DNA of 64,000 nucleotides from Caldisericia bacterium (GCA_963674785.1 OY771555.1:1472001-1536000); one strand, 5' to 3'. Counted from the first letter of the stretch, positions 8,894 through 19,404 are shown. Numbers and translations are program-made. Notes: generated by a model not told the origin, from the letters alone.

Positions 8894-11800
8894 AGAATTT
8901 AGGGAACTACGAGGTTTTATCAAAAATTGGTGTTGGTGGTGCTGGAGTTGTATACAAAGGAAAACATTTTGAAACGGGAGAGATTGTTGCGATAAAAACT
9001 TTTTCACCTCCAGAAGGTCTGAAACGAGAATCTCTGGAAAAGCTCGCTCACAGGTTCACGCAGGAAATTGACCTCTTAAAATCGTTTGACCACAAAAATA
9101 TTGTAAGATTTATTGATGCAATTAATACTGGTGATGAAAAGTTTTTTGTTATGGAGTATATTGATAATATCTCTCCTAAGATCGGTGAAAAGTGGCCGGT
9201 TGATCTTGTTGTTGATGTTATTATTCAGATTTCTCGAGCTTTAGAGTATGCTCACAATAAAGGTATTATCCACAGAGATATTAAGCCTGAAAATATTTTG
9301 GTTGGCGGATCGTTCGAAAACCCCGAATCCAAATTGACTGATTTTGGAATTGCATTTAAAACCCAAGATGTTTCGAGAATGACTGTTACTGGAGAGATTA
9401 TCGGAACATTCTTTTACATGTCTCCTGAGCAGATTGAATCCAGAGGATGCACACAAAGAACAGACATATATGCTCTCGGTCTTGTTGCTTATGAGTTTTT
9501 GACTGGAAAACGTGTGCATGATGGGAATACTCCTGCAAAGGTGATAGGTCAGATAATGCTTTCTTCTCCGCCACCACCTTCCTTCTTTAGACCTGAGATT
9601 CCCGACTGCTTGGATAAATTGATATTACGTTGTATTAGAAAAGATGAGGATGCAAGATTCCAGAGCGCAAAAGAGCTTTTGTATGAATTAGAGAGCCTCA
9701 GGGCAATTGGTTTTGATGGTTCGCAGACAAGACAGATAACCTTCACAACTCAGTTTTCACCGCTTGTTGGCAGAGATAAAGAATTATTAGAGCTAACTCA
9801 TCTTCTTGCGGAAGTAAAAGAGAAATCATCAAAATATGTCTATCTTGTTGGACCAACTGGAATCGGCAAAACAAGATTGGCCGGTGAGTTGAGCTCTGTT
9901 GCAAGGTCATGGGGTGCAAGCTATATTCCTGTTTCGGTTACAAGAACCGAATCAAAAAATCCATTCGGTGTTATTGCAAAAATTGCTGAGAATTTGATTG
10001 CAGAAAAGATTCCTGAAGAGAAATGGGTTAGAGTTGGGTTAGCATCACTTTCAACATCTCTTGCAAAAAAACTTGGAACCGACCCACCGAACCTCAACTC
10101 AAAGGAACTATTCCATTTGATTGAGGATGCGATTATCTGGCTACTAAGAGACAGATGTAAAAAATCAACTGTGCTTGTGACTGTCGATGATTCTCAATGG
10201 TCTGATTCTGGTTCAGCAGCTATTGCTGAAAAAATAATTAACTATGTAGATGATATTTCATTGTGTGTAGTTTTTACGATCAATACAGATATGACTTCAC
10301 CGAGATCGCTTGTGTATAAGATGGTAGAAAAAACAAGACCGAGATGCAAAGTGATTAGACTTCAGCAACTTAGCAATCTTGATGTTAAGCAATACATTCA
10401 AAATACACTTGCCGTAAGTACTATACCTGAAGAATTATTGGATTTTATCTGCAAGGAAGCTGGGGGAAACCCACTTTATATCGCTGAATTGTTAAGATCG
10501 GTTATAAAAAATGGTAGCGTAAAAAGAGATAATGGGATACTATCTGTTGACAAGGAAAGACTTATTGTTCCTGACAAACTACTTAAATATCAGAATTTAG
10601 CGTTTTCAAATCTTGATGAGAGAACTGGTAATCTCATAACTGTTGCGGCTGTAATTGGTCCAACTTTTTCTGCAAAACTACTTTCTGAGGTTTCTGGATA
10701 CAAGATATTTGATGTTCACTCTCATCTTGACCATGCCCTAACAAATCAGGTGCTTCGTGTCATGATGACTCCAAATGGAAACGTCTACAGTTTTTCACAT
10801 GAACAGATGAGAATAAATCTTGTAAATTCAACAAGTTTGCATTTTAGGCAAGGAGTTTCTCAAAGAACCGCACAAGCAATAGAAAACCTATATTCGGGAC
10901 AGATCGAAAACCATATTGAGAGGCTTATTTATCATTATCTACACGGTCTTACACCGACAAGTGCTATCCCATACCTCCTTAAGGCTGGCAGATTCTCAGC
11001 TGACCGATTCTATCATAAGGAAGCATCAATTCATGTAAACAGAGCCCTTCGCCTGGCTGAAGAAAATGGATTGAATAAGTTTGTTGTTTTATCTATGGAA
11101 TTGCTCGCTGATATAAACCAAAACCTTGGAAAATCAAAGGATGCTCTTGAAAAGATTGAAAAAGCTCTTGAATATTCAAAACTTGTAGAAGATATAAAAG
11201 TGGACTACAAAGCTAGACTTTTTAGGAAGTATGCCAATTATAGAAAAACTGCGACAGGAGAAATTTCCGAGAGCATAGGTATGATAGAAAAGGCACTTGA
11301 TTTGTTATCCAATTCTGAGAATTTGGATGAAATTGCAAGATCAGAATTGGCTTATGCGAGCCTTATAAGAGATCCGAATGAAGCACTTAAACATATAGAT
11401 AAGGCTCTAAAAATCTTCGAACAACTTGAAAACAATAGCATGCTTGTGAATGGGTATGGCACAAAAGCGAATTTGCTTAGGAAGATGAATAGAATCGATG
11501 AGACTGTAGAGGTTTTAGAAGAAGCCCGATCGATCGGTGAAAAGAATGGTTTAGAGGCGTCACTCGAAGGCATCTATGCGACACTTGCAAGTGTCATGTT
11601 TAATAAAATCAGTGATGTTGCCAAGGGTAAGATGTATGCAATGAAGGCAAGGAAGCTTGCCAGAAGAACTGAAAACCTTGGTCTTGTCGGATTCATGAAT
11701 TATGTTGAGGCATTCCAGCTTTATCAATTTGGAATACTTGATGAGTCAGAAAAACTACTCCTTGAATCGCTTGAGATCTGGGAAAAACTTGGACAAAAAC

Positions 11801-12543
11801 CAAGACTTTTCAGTACGATGGCACTTTTGGCATGGGTTTATCTTGAACTTGGAAACTTAAAAAAAGGTTTTGAGTATCTCAATAAATCAAAGGAGCTTCA
11901 TGACAGTTCAAATCCAGGCGATGTTGATATCGACCTTGTATGTCTTGAAATCGATCTACTCAAAGAGAGCGACCAAAAGAAGGAAGCTATAGCTTTAGCA
12001 CAGCAGAACTTGAAAAATCTGGATGACCAGACTGTTGTCAGCAAAATAAACTTTTATTATGCCTTGGCTTCTTTATATATTGATAGTGATGACATCAAGA
12101 ATGCATGGAAATATCTGAAAACCTCTCGAGATCTATTAGGTGATCAGAAGTCTTTATATATGGATTTTATTACTCTTATCTCATATGCAAAGATTTTGAC
12201 GCAGATAATGCAAAGATGCGAAAATGTCAATTACTTGTCGAAGATGCTTATGCTAGCGGGGACTGGATTGATAGGAAAAGATTTGTTATCACTTACGCAG
12301 TCAGTTTATGAGGATGCTTTCTTGTCAGCGCTCAATGGTGGAAACAAGCTACATGTTGTTAGATATTATCTTGAACATAGCAGATTTTTAAGAGAGAGTC
12401 TCAAGTATAAAGATAAAGAAAGCAATGGCACAGACCCCCTTATTGCTTCGGAATTGACGATTGCTGAGGAATTGGTGAAGGAGCTTTACCATCCAAAGAT
12501 CGAATCTCAAATACATGTCGAGATCAACAAAATATATAAATAG
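8890..12543 (+). CDS. Ser/Thr protein kinase - AAA/STAND NTPase - TPR protein
   Basis: GVGGAGVV, VAIK, HRDIKPEN, DFG, SPE; LVGRDKEL, Walker A GPTGIGKT, Walker B VTVDDSQWSD, GGNPLY, FSH; TPR-like repeats; GTGA overlap with upstream stop. Confidence 0.93.
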   Translation: MKNLGNYEVLSKIGVGGAGVVYKGKHFETGEIVAIKTFSPPEGLKRESLEKLAHRFTQEIDLLKSFDHKNIVRFIDAINTGDEKFFVMEYIDNISPKIGEKWPVDLVVDVIIQISRALEYAHNKGIIHRDIKPENILVGGSFENPESKLTDFGIAFKTQDVSRMTVTGEIIGTFFYMSPEQIESRGCTQRTDIYALGLVAYEFLTGKRVHDGNTPAKVIGQIMLSSPPPPSFFRPEIPDCLDKLILRCIRKDEDARFQSAKELLYELESLRAIGFDGSQTRQITFTTQFSPLVGRDKELLELTHLLAEVKEKSSKYVYLVGPTGIGKTRLAGELSSVARSWGASYIPVSVTRTESKNPFGVIAKIAENLIAEKIPEEKWVRVGLASLSTSLAKKLGTDPPNLNSKELFHLIEDAIIWLLRDRCKKSTVLVTVDDSQWSDSGSAAIAEKIINYVDDISLCVVFTINTDMTSPRSLVYKMVEKTRPRCKVIRLQQLSNLDVKQYIQNTLAVSTIPEELLDFICKEAGGNPLYIAELLRSVIKNGSVKRDNGILSVDKERLIVPDKLLKYQNLAFSNLDERTGNLITVAAVIGPTFSAKLLSEVSGYKIFDVHSHLDHALTNQVLRVMMTPNGNVYSFSHEQMRINLVNSTSLHFRQGVSQRTAQAIENLYSGQIENHIERLIYHYLHGLTPTSAIPYLLKAGRFSADRFYHKEASIHVNRALRLAEENGLNKFVVLSMELLADINQNLGKSKDALEKIEKALEYSKLVEDIKVDYKARLFRKYANYRKTATGEISESIGMIEKALDLLSNSENLDEIARSELAYASLIRDPNEALKHIDKALKIFEQLENNSMLVNGYGTKANLLRKMNRIDETVEVLEEARSIGEKNGLEASLEGIYATLASVMFNKISDVAKGKMYAMKARKLARRTENLGLVGFMNYVEAFQLYQFGILDESEKLLLESLEIWEKLGQKPRLFSTMALLAWVYLELGNLKKGFEYLNKSKELHDSSNPGDVDIDLVCLEIDLLKESDQKKEAIALAQQNLKNLDDQTVVSKINFYYALASLYIDSDDIKNAWKYLKTSRDLLGDQKSLYMDFITLISYAKILTQIMQRCENVNYLSKMLMLAGTGLIGKDLLSLTQSVYEDAFLSALNGGNKLHVVRYYLEHSRFLRESLKYKDKESNGTDPLIASELTIAEELVKELYHPKIESQIHVEINKIYK

Positions 12544-12564
12544 TAAGTTTCAGGTGGTTTACAA

Positions 12565-13740
12565 ATGAAAAAACTCATTTTGGTTTGTTTGATGTTGTTC
12601 GTTGCTGTTTTTCCTAACCCTAGACACTTATCTGCTGTTGATTCAAATGAGTCTTCAGTGAACATAGATTTTGTCTCAGATTCAAATAAATATTTTGTGG
12701 AAGGCAAAGAATTTGAAATGGATTCTGAATGTGTCAATAGAAATTCAAGAACATTTATTGTTGCAAGGTATCTAATAGAAGCTCTGGATGGAGAGATTTC
12801 CTGGGATGATGAATTAAAAACTGTTGGGATAACCTGCAGGAGACACAAAATCTCTCTTCAAATTGATAATCCTGTTGCAAAGGTAGATGGGATTGATTTA
12901 AAAATCGATACTGATGAGATTATCACCCCATTCATATACAAAGACCGAACACTTGTACCGATCAGGTTTATTTCTGAATCTTTGGGTGGGGATGTCTCAT
13001 GGATAGCTGAGACAAAAAGAGTTCGATTGAATTTTACAAAAAAGGAACTTAAAAATATTTGTTTTCTTCATCATTCCTGTGGCTCAAATTGGATTCGTGA
13101 AGGCAAAATCAGGGAAGGACTGACAGAGCTTGGCTTTGATTTTTATGATCATGGATACAATAGCCAGGGATTGACACTTACTGACGGGAAAAAAGCTGGT
13201 TATTCCTACGATGTTCCGGGTGACAATACTAACCCAGATGGATTTGCTACAATCTTTTCTCAGGAAAAAACCGATCCACCAGATAACACATTATCACATC
13301 TGCTACAATATGATGTGATCGCCTTTAAGTCTTGTTACCCCGTTTCAAATATCCGTGACTCAAATCAGCTCGAGAAATATAAAGGTTACTACAGAGAAAT
13401 AGCAAAAAATACAAGCAAATATCCAGATAAGCTTTTTATCATTGTTACACAACCTCCACTCGTCAAAAGTGGGGATTCAAGTACCCAGAGGGCAGCGTTA
13501 GCAAGAGAGTTTGCCGATTGGCTAAAATCAGATGAGCTGCTGCTTGGGCATCCAAACCTTATCACTTTTGATTGGTTTGGTCTTCTTGCTGAAGACGACC
13601 CCGATTCTGATAATTTCAACAATCTGAAAGAAGAGTATTCAAAAGGTGGCGGGGACAACCACCCGAATAAACTTGCAAATGAGTTGACCGCCCCAGAGTT
13701 TATCAAGTTTATTTCAGAGAATGCGGTTTTGTTTGATTAG
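12565..13740 (+). CDS. Secreted stalk-domain (copper amine oxidase N-terminal) protein with SGNH-like hydrolase domain
   Basis: Signal peptide; RTLVPIRFISESLGGDVSW stalk motif; C-terminal FLHHSCG ... DNHPN resembles SGNH Ser and DxH motifs. Confidence 0.7.
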   Translation: MKKLILVCLMLFVAVFPNPRHLSAVDSNESSVNIDFVSDSNKYFVEGKEFEMDSECVNRNSRTFIVARYLIEALDGEISWDDELKTVGITCRRHKISLQIDNPVAKVDGIDLKIDTDEIITPFIYKDRTLVPIRFISESLGGDVSWIAETKRVRLNFTKKELKNICFLHHSCGSNWIREGKIREGLTELGFDFYDHGYNSQGLTLTDGKKAGYSYDVPGDNTNPDGFATIFSQEKTDPPDNTLSHLLQYDVIAFKSCYPVSNIRDSNQLEKYKGYYREIAKNTSKYPDKLFIIVTQPPLVKSGDSSTQRAALAREFADWLKSDELLLGHPNLITFDWFGLLAEDDPDSDNFNNLKEEYSKGGGDNHPNKLANELTAPEFIKFISENAVLFD

Positions 13741-15446
13741 TCTCCAATTTCAAATGGTTCACCAAAAGCAACATTAATAGATTCAGAGTTATCACCCCAC
13801 TCGATTACCAATGGTTTTAGCTTATACTTTTCTCTGATTTCATTGTTGTACCAATCATACTCCTCATTTATTGGGGTTGTTTTTGTCAAAAGATTTTGAG
13901 TAACAGTAACAAACCTAGTTTCATCAGGTAAAAGAGTAAAGTTGCTCTCAGAAACATTGTACTTTTCATCCTCTGTGAAAAGGTTGAACTCTACCTCTTC
14001 ATCAGTGTTGTTGATTATTGAAAATGTGTCCTCTGATTCGTAATCCCAGAATTCAGCCATTGAAAAAGGCATATCCGATAACCATGGAAATATAACATTT
14101 TTGTCGGGGATAATAACTACTTTACATGAGTCCTTTTTAACAAAACAAACACTATTCCCTATCAACAGGAAATCATCTGAAATGTATGTATCCAGAATAT
14201 CAGTTTTGCCCCGATGATAGAATTCACATCCAATATTATTTATCACACCTGTTTGTTGATCAATCGATTGTAGTATCGCTGTATCATTCTCTACATATCT
14301 CATGGAGATTAATGTAGTATCGAGCACCTTAAATGAGGAAAATTCTAACCCGGAGGTTTCCCAAATCTTTTTTCCGTCAATCAGGTTTATGCAGGCAATC
14401 TCTCGATTACTATTTCTTAAAAATAATTTATCATCCTTCAAAACTACTTGTGCGTATCCATTAGAACCTAAAAAATCATTGTAATCCCAAATCTGGTTGC
14501 CCTTTCTGTCGATATATTGAAGGTAATTACCAGATAATTTTAGTTTATTGTTCCCAATAGCACATTCTGGGTTTCTAGAATTAACTATTGTTTGATATGA
14601 AATTGGGTACACTTCTTTGTATTCGTCTTGATTATAATAATTGATGATGAGTTTATTGTTATTATGTAAAACATCATGGATTTGATATTTGTCATAAGTT
14701 AGATAGTAATCCCAAAGAACTTTGTATTCGGATAGCTTTATTGCGACAATACCATTTCCCCCAAGAAGTATCGCTTCATCATCTTTTTCCGAGATATATA
14801 TAATAAAACTGGCATAAAGTTTTGTTTCATCTCGGTTATCTAGATACATGTAATCCTCAGAACTTCCAGGAATATGTTGAAAAAAGAGTCCCTTGTTGAT
14901 GTAGTAAAGTGTTGAGTTTTGAAGCTCAAATTCTCTTAAGTTTCTGTTTTTTGAGTTTGTAAATGAGATTGGGTTAGACTCTTTTACATCTAAGTATTCT
15001 CCAGATTTCATATTAATTTCATATGGTCTTTTTTCAAAAAATCCTGGGCCAATCGATATATCTTTGGTAACAAGTAATCTTCCATTTTTTGTGAAGTAAT
15101 TATTTGAAAAATCCGAATACATGTTACCGCTAATCCACAAAAGTACATACTCATCTTCTAGATCTTTTGGAAAATCTGTTAAGAATACTTCTTGTTTTGG
15201 TGGAGGGACTTCTTGAAAAACGATTTCCGGGATCTGTGTTTCATCAATGGATGAATAACTTAAATTCCCCATAAGATTATTCTTATCAGAAGCATCAATA
15301 TCCTGATCGTTTTTTTCATCTGGTGTTTCATCCTGAGTCAAGTTGATTTCATCTCTCGTTTTTGGATCTATTTCTAATGTCGAATTACATCCAATAATCC
15401 CAAGAACTAAAACTAAAGCCAAGAATGATTTGATAAATCTACCCAC
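13737..15446 (-). CDS. Lipoprotein with PQQ-like beta-propeller repeats
   Basis: SD AGGAGG + GTG; IIGC lipobox; IACINLIDGKKIWE-type repeats. Confidence 0.75.
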   Translation of the reverse strand: MGRFIKSFLALVLVLGIIGCNSTLEIDPKTRDEINLTQDETPDEKNDQDIDASDKNNLMGNLSYSSIDETQIPEIVFQEVPPPKQEVFLTDFPKDLEDEYVLLWISGNMYSDFSNNYFTKNGRLLVTKDISIGPGFFEKRPYEINMKSGEYLDVKESNPISFTNSKNRNLREFELQNSTLYYINKGLFFQHIPGSSEDYMYLDNRDETKLYASFIIYISEKDDEAILLGGNGIVAIKLSEYKVLWDYYLTYDKYQIHDVLHNNNKLIINYYNQDEYKEVYPISYQTIVNSRNPECAIGNNKLKLSGNYLQYIDRKGNQIWDYNDFLGSNGYAQVVLKDDKLFLRNSNREIACINLIDGKKIWETSGLEFSSFKVLDTTLISMRYVENDTAILQSIDQQTGVINNIGCEFYHRGKTDILDTYISDDFLLIGNSVCFVKKDSCKVVIIPDKNVIFPWLSDMPFSMAEFWDYESEDTFSIINNTDEEVEFNLFTEDEKYNVSESNFTLLPDETRFVTVTQNLLTKTTPINEEYDWYNNEIREKYKLKPLVIEWGDNSESINVAFGEPFEIGD

Positions 15447-15487
15447 ACGTTCCTCCTGCTTTTCTATGCTAGATAAAAAATTGTTTG

Positions 15488-16210
15488 TTATTTTTTATCC
15501 GACAAAAATCCCAAATCCACTTTCTTTTTTGAGTCAGTCTTTTTTGTTTTTCTGACAGATCTCTTTGTTTTTGGTTTATCTACTTCTTTTTTTGATGCCT
15601 CAGCTTTTATGCTTTTCGACTCAGTTTTCTTCTTGGTTTGAGACGATTTCGTCTTTTCTTTCAGTTTTACAGAAATAGATTCCATGAATTTTTTATCGAT
15701 GACAGTTACTTCATCAACGGTTGAACGCAAGTCGTCATGTGGAGTTTTTCCGCAGAAAAGATGAACAACTACACCTTCACTTTTTATCACATGTAACGCA
15801 GGGATAAAATCAGAATCCCCTGCAAGGATTGAAGCGTGAGTGATAAGCCCTTTTGTTGCAAGCATTACAAGGTCAACGCCAAACATCAGATCAACCCGCT
15901 TTTGCTCATATATTGGGTGACCTTTTTGGTCTTTTCCTCGATACTGAAGTTGACCTAGCCTGTTTTCAAATCGTGGGACGGTTTCTAGTTTTTTGAAAAA
16001 CTCTGTTTTTTCTTCGTAAAGCTCTTTTTGCCAGTCGGTTGGTTCATCAACAATATATGGCGGACAGTGGTAATAGTATGACCTCAAAAGATCATATCCA
16101 TTACTCATTTTGTCTGTTAAAAGCTTGTAGTCTACCTCAAACCCATCCCATTCATTTTTAAGAAGGGCATCAAGATAGCCCCCATCAATAAAATTTGCTA
16201 CTCTATTCAT
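15488..16210 (-). CDS. NYN domain (LabA/DUF88, PIN-like fold) protein with Lys-rich tail
   Basis: FIDGGY, EQKRVD, GDSDFIPAL, DLRSTVDE motifs; start at MNRVANF preferred over 16219. Confidence 0.88.
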   Translation of the reverse strand: MNRVANFIDGGYLDALLKNEWDGFEVDYKLLTDKMSNGYDLLRSYYYHCPPYIVDEPTDWQKELYEEKTEFFKKLETVPRFENRLGQLQYRGKDQKGHPIYEQKRVDLMFGVDLVMLATKGLITHASILAGDSDFIPALHVIKSEGVVVHLFCGKTPHDDLRSTVDEVTVIDKKFMESISVKLKEKTKSSQTKKKTESKSIKAEASKKEVDKPKTKRSVRKTKKTDSKKKVDLGFLSDKK

Positions 16211-16256
16211 ATCCTTCATGATAGTTTGTTTTTTTTATATAGCAAATTTTTGATGA

Positions 16257-17264
16257 CTAACAGAAGTTTTTTTCAACCCACTTGATTGCATTTACCCATT
16301 CTGGGTTTGAGTCTACAGCAAAATCTTCTGCAACCTTTTGGAGTTTTGGAATATCTTTGTAGCTATCTAGTGAAATCTCTCCATGAAGCATTGGATTGAG
16401 TCGCAGGTAAGAATCCCCAAGAATCTGGTTGCATTCGAATGTGTCTTTTTCAGAAGTTGCACCATCAAAAAGCATTCCAAGAATTGGTAACGAAGGCACA
16501 CCGTTCCCACCTTTAAGCCAGAAGAGGTATCCACAGTTATAAGGGCTTTTAACAGATGTTTCAGGGATTCTGGCACTGGCGTATCCTGTGCCTATTGAAA
16601 GAACCGTTACATCGTCTCTGTGAACATCGTCATTTGCCTGAAGCGCTTTTGCCAAGGCAAACATGCAGGGGTTGTTAGCGAAAGTTCCGCCATCGGTAAG
16701 ATATCCAAGAGTTTTGATGTAATGAGGGGGGAAATATGTTGGCGCAGCACTTGTTGATAGTGCCGCATCAAGATTCAAAACATTCGAAGTGTTATCAAGG
16801 CTCGATAGAGAGATTGGTCTCCAGCCATCAATATCTGTACTGTCGAGTTGGAATGTTGTTACAAGGACATGTCTATCTAAATCAGATAATGGCTTTGGTT
16901 GTCCAAGAACATCAATCAATCTTTCTTTCAATCCTTCATCAGTGTATTTGACATGTAAGATTTGACCAAAGTTGAATTGGAAAAGTTGTTTCAAGAAATA
17001 AAGAAGTCTATCAATAAGGCTAGTTGGGTGGTATCTTTTGAAAATCTTTTTGCAACTTTCAGGGTCATCATAAATCTGCACAACCTCATCAATCGGTGCT
17101 CCAGATGCAAGGGCGATAGATATGATACCCCCTGTTGATGTACCCGAAAAAAGGTCAACATGCTTCAAGAAACCTGTTTTATCATCAAGTTTTTTAATAA
17201 GGATTGACGTGATTAGTCCTCTTATACCACCACCATCTAGTGATAAAATCTTGTAGTTACTCAT
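16257..17264 (-). CDS. Patatin-like phospholipase
   Basis: LSLDGGGIRG, GTSTG nucleophile, SAAPTYF, DGG..ANNP, LSIGTG. Confidence 0.93.
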   Translation of the reverse strand: MSNYKILSLDGGGIRGLITSILIKKLDDKTGFLKHVDLFSGTSTGGIISIALASGAPIDEVVQIYDDPESCKKIFKRYHPTSLIDRLLYFLKQLFQFNFGQILHVKYTDEGLKERLIDVLGQPKPLSDLDRHVLVTTFQLDSTDIDGWRPISLSSLDNTSNVLNLDAALSTSAAPTYFPPHYIKTLGYLTDGGTFANNPCMFALAKALQANDDVHRDDVTVLSIGTGYASARIPETSVKSPYNCGYLFWLKGGNGVPSLPILGMLFDGATSEKDTFECNQILGDSYLRLNPMLHGEISLDSYKDIPKLQKVAEDFAVDSNPEWVNAIKWVEKNFC

Positions 17265-17274
17265 AGGCAAAAGC

Positions 17275-17898
17275 TTACTCCCCTCGTAGTAGTTTCACCT
17301 CACCTATACCACCTTTTACATGAATAGTCAATATGTTTGATGATTCTTGATTATTTTTGCTTATGTATTTTCCTTCATCTCTGTCAAGTCCATTAACGAT
17401 GGTTGAGCCGAGTCCTGTTGAGACATCAGCAACGACTTTCATTGATTCTGGAAGTTTTATTTTTGATGCTCCAACACCCCCAGAAATCCACGCCTCAATA
17501 TCGTGATCCCAGTTTCCTCTTAGGTCAACCTTCATTTCTCCCGCACCATATTTGAGTCTCAATGTCCTTATGTTCAGTTCTGAAAGTCTCAACAACACAT
17601 CTCCTGCTCCACAAGTAAGAGTCATATCAATTGGGACATTATTATTGAATTTAAGATTCCAATTAGTTCTGCCTCCGGGAATGTTGATCAGACTCTCCTG
17701 CTTAACAGACAAGGCACCTCTTGTATTGTTGAATTTGTATGTTACCTCGGGCAGACATGAACCGCTGCAGTCAATATACTCCGCCTCCATTAGTTCAGAT
17801 GCTCCACCTTCAACATGAAGTTTGCCTGCTCCCAGCGAAATCTTAACTTCTACCTCCTGCACGTCTTGCAGTTTGACTTTTTGTGTCTTTCTCTCCAT
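17275..17898 (-). CDS. Toast-rack/DUF2154-like beta-helix protein
   Basis: Repeated GAG-x-h motifs (LGAGKL, CGAGDV, YGAGEM, GGVGAS, GGIGEV). Confidence 0.7.
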   Translation of the reverse strand: MERKTQKVKLQDVQEVEVKISLGAGKLHVEGGASELMEAEYIDCSGSCLPEVTYKFNNTRGALSVKQESLINIPGGRTNWNLKFNNNVPIDMTLTCGAGDVLLRLSELNIRTLRLKYGAGEMKVDLRGNWDHDIEAWISGGVGASKIKLPESMKVVADVSTGLGSTIVNGLDRDEGKYISKNNQESSNILTIHVKGGIGEVKLLRGE

Positions 17899-18045
17899 GG
17901 ATTTTTCTCCTTAAGGTTTATGATTCTTTTGACACTCGAAGTATGAGTTTGATTTTTTAGGTATTGACACTGCTAGTCTAAGCTTGCTTGATTTGAACTG
18001 TAGTCTTCATAGAATCACGATAAAATTGCAACAAGGAGATGAAAT

Positions 18046-19404
18046 ATGAAGAGTTTTGATATGGTAGTAATTGGTGGTGGTCCATCAGGCCAGATCGTGG
18101 CAACGACAGCAAAGAGACTTCACCCCGAAAAAAGTGTTGCAATAATAACTGAGAAAAAAGATGGTTTGGTTCCATGCGGTATACCATATATTTTTCATGA
18201 TCTTGGTTCATGTGAGAACAATCATACAGATGCAACTGGTATCATAGCTCTCAAAGGTGAATTAATCATTGATAATGTGTCAAAAGTTGATACTGAATCA
18301 AAGTCTTTGGAACTTTCAAAAGGAGAAAAGATTTCATACAATAAACTTGTCTTTGCAACCGGTTCAAAACCAATATATCCAACTTTTGTTCCAGGTCACG
18401 AGCTAGACGGAGTTGATGTTGTTGCGAAAGATTATGAATCTATGGATGCTCTCAAGGTAAAAATTGATAAAGCTAAAAATGTTGTTGTAGTTGGAGCTGG
18501 TTTTATTGGTTGTGAAGTTTCAGAGCAGATTTCAAAAGCTGGGAAAAAAGTGACTTTGATTGAGGCACTCCCAAATATCCTTAGTAAATCCTTTTCCCCA
18601 AAGGTAAGCGAGAGTGCAGAAAAAGTACTTGCTGACATTGGTGTGACCCTCAAGCTTGGGCTGAAAGTGGTTGAAATAAAAGGCGAAAATGGGTCAGTTT
18701 GTTCGGTTGTCCTTGAAAATGGTGATGAAATACCTGCTGACAACGTGATTTTCTCCGTTGGTTATAGACCAAATGCAACTGTGGCAAAAGATGCAGGCAT
18801 CGTTCTTGATGATTATGGTTTTATTAAGGTTGATAGTTATATGAGGACAAGCATCAATGATATTTATGCAGTTGGCGATTGTTCATCAACAGTAGGATTT
18901 ATAACGGGTAAATTGGATAATATTATGCTTGCATCAACAGGAACTGCGGAGGCAAGAATCCTTGGGCATAATATATACAATATCAATCTCTTAAGAAGCT
19001 TCAGAGGGACACTTGGGATTTTTTCAACAAAGATTGGTGGAGTAACATATACCTGTGCTGGTGCAAATGAAAAAACAGCCGAGGATGCTGGAATTGACTA
19101 TGTTGTAGGCGAGTTTACAGGAATTGATAGGCATCCAGGCAAGTTTTCAGATACGGGTAAGGTTCACATAAAGCTCGTAGCATCTCCATCTTCTGGCCAG
19201 GTTATTGGTGCAGAAATTTGGGGAAGTTCATCTGCAGGTGAAATCATAAACATTGTTGGGATGGCAATTCAAAATGAAGTCACGATCTATGATCTTTTGA
19301 CATATCAGATTGGTACACATCCTCTTCTTACAGGACCACCAACAGGATATGCCATCATCAAAGCAGCAGATGATGTATTCAAAAAAATAAACTCACGAAA
19401 ATAG
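18046..19404 (+). CDS. FAD-dependent pyridine nucleotide-disulfide oxidoreductase (NADH oxidase/CoA-disulfide reductase family)
   Basis: GGGPSG, PCGIPY single-Cys centre, ATGS, GAGFIG, YAVGDC, C-terminal THP. Confidence 0.92.
   Translation: MKSFDMVVIGGGPSGQIVATTAKRLHPEKSVAIITEKKDGLVPCGIPYIFHDLGSCENNHTDATGIIALKGELIIDNVSKVDTESKSLELSKGEKISYNKLVFATGSKPIYPTFVPGHELDGVDVVAKDYESMDALKVKIDKAKNVVVVGAGFIGCEVSEQISKAGKKVTLIEALPNILSKSFSPKVSESAEKVLADIGVTLKLGLKVVEIKGENGSVCSVVLENGDEIPADNVIFSVGYRPNATVAKDAGIVLDDYGFIKVDSYMRTSINDIYAVGDCSSTVGFITGKLDNIMLASTGTAEARILGHNIYNINLLRSFRGTLGIFSTKIGGVTYTCAGANEKTAEDAGIDYVVGEFTGIDRHPGKFSDTGKVHIKLVASPSSGQVIGAEIWGSSSAGEIINIVGMAIQNEVTIYDLLTYQIGTHPLLTGPPTGYAIIKAADDVFKKINSRK

Noticed and set aside
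16257-17264. CBASS system with patatin effector
   Set aside because: No CD-NTase or Cap2/Cap3 adjacent; GrpB is 2.4 kb away beyond unrelated genes and is not a known cyclase
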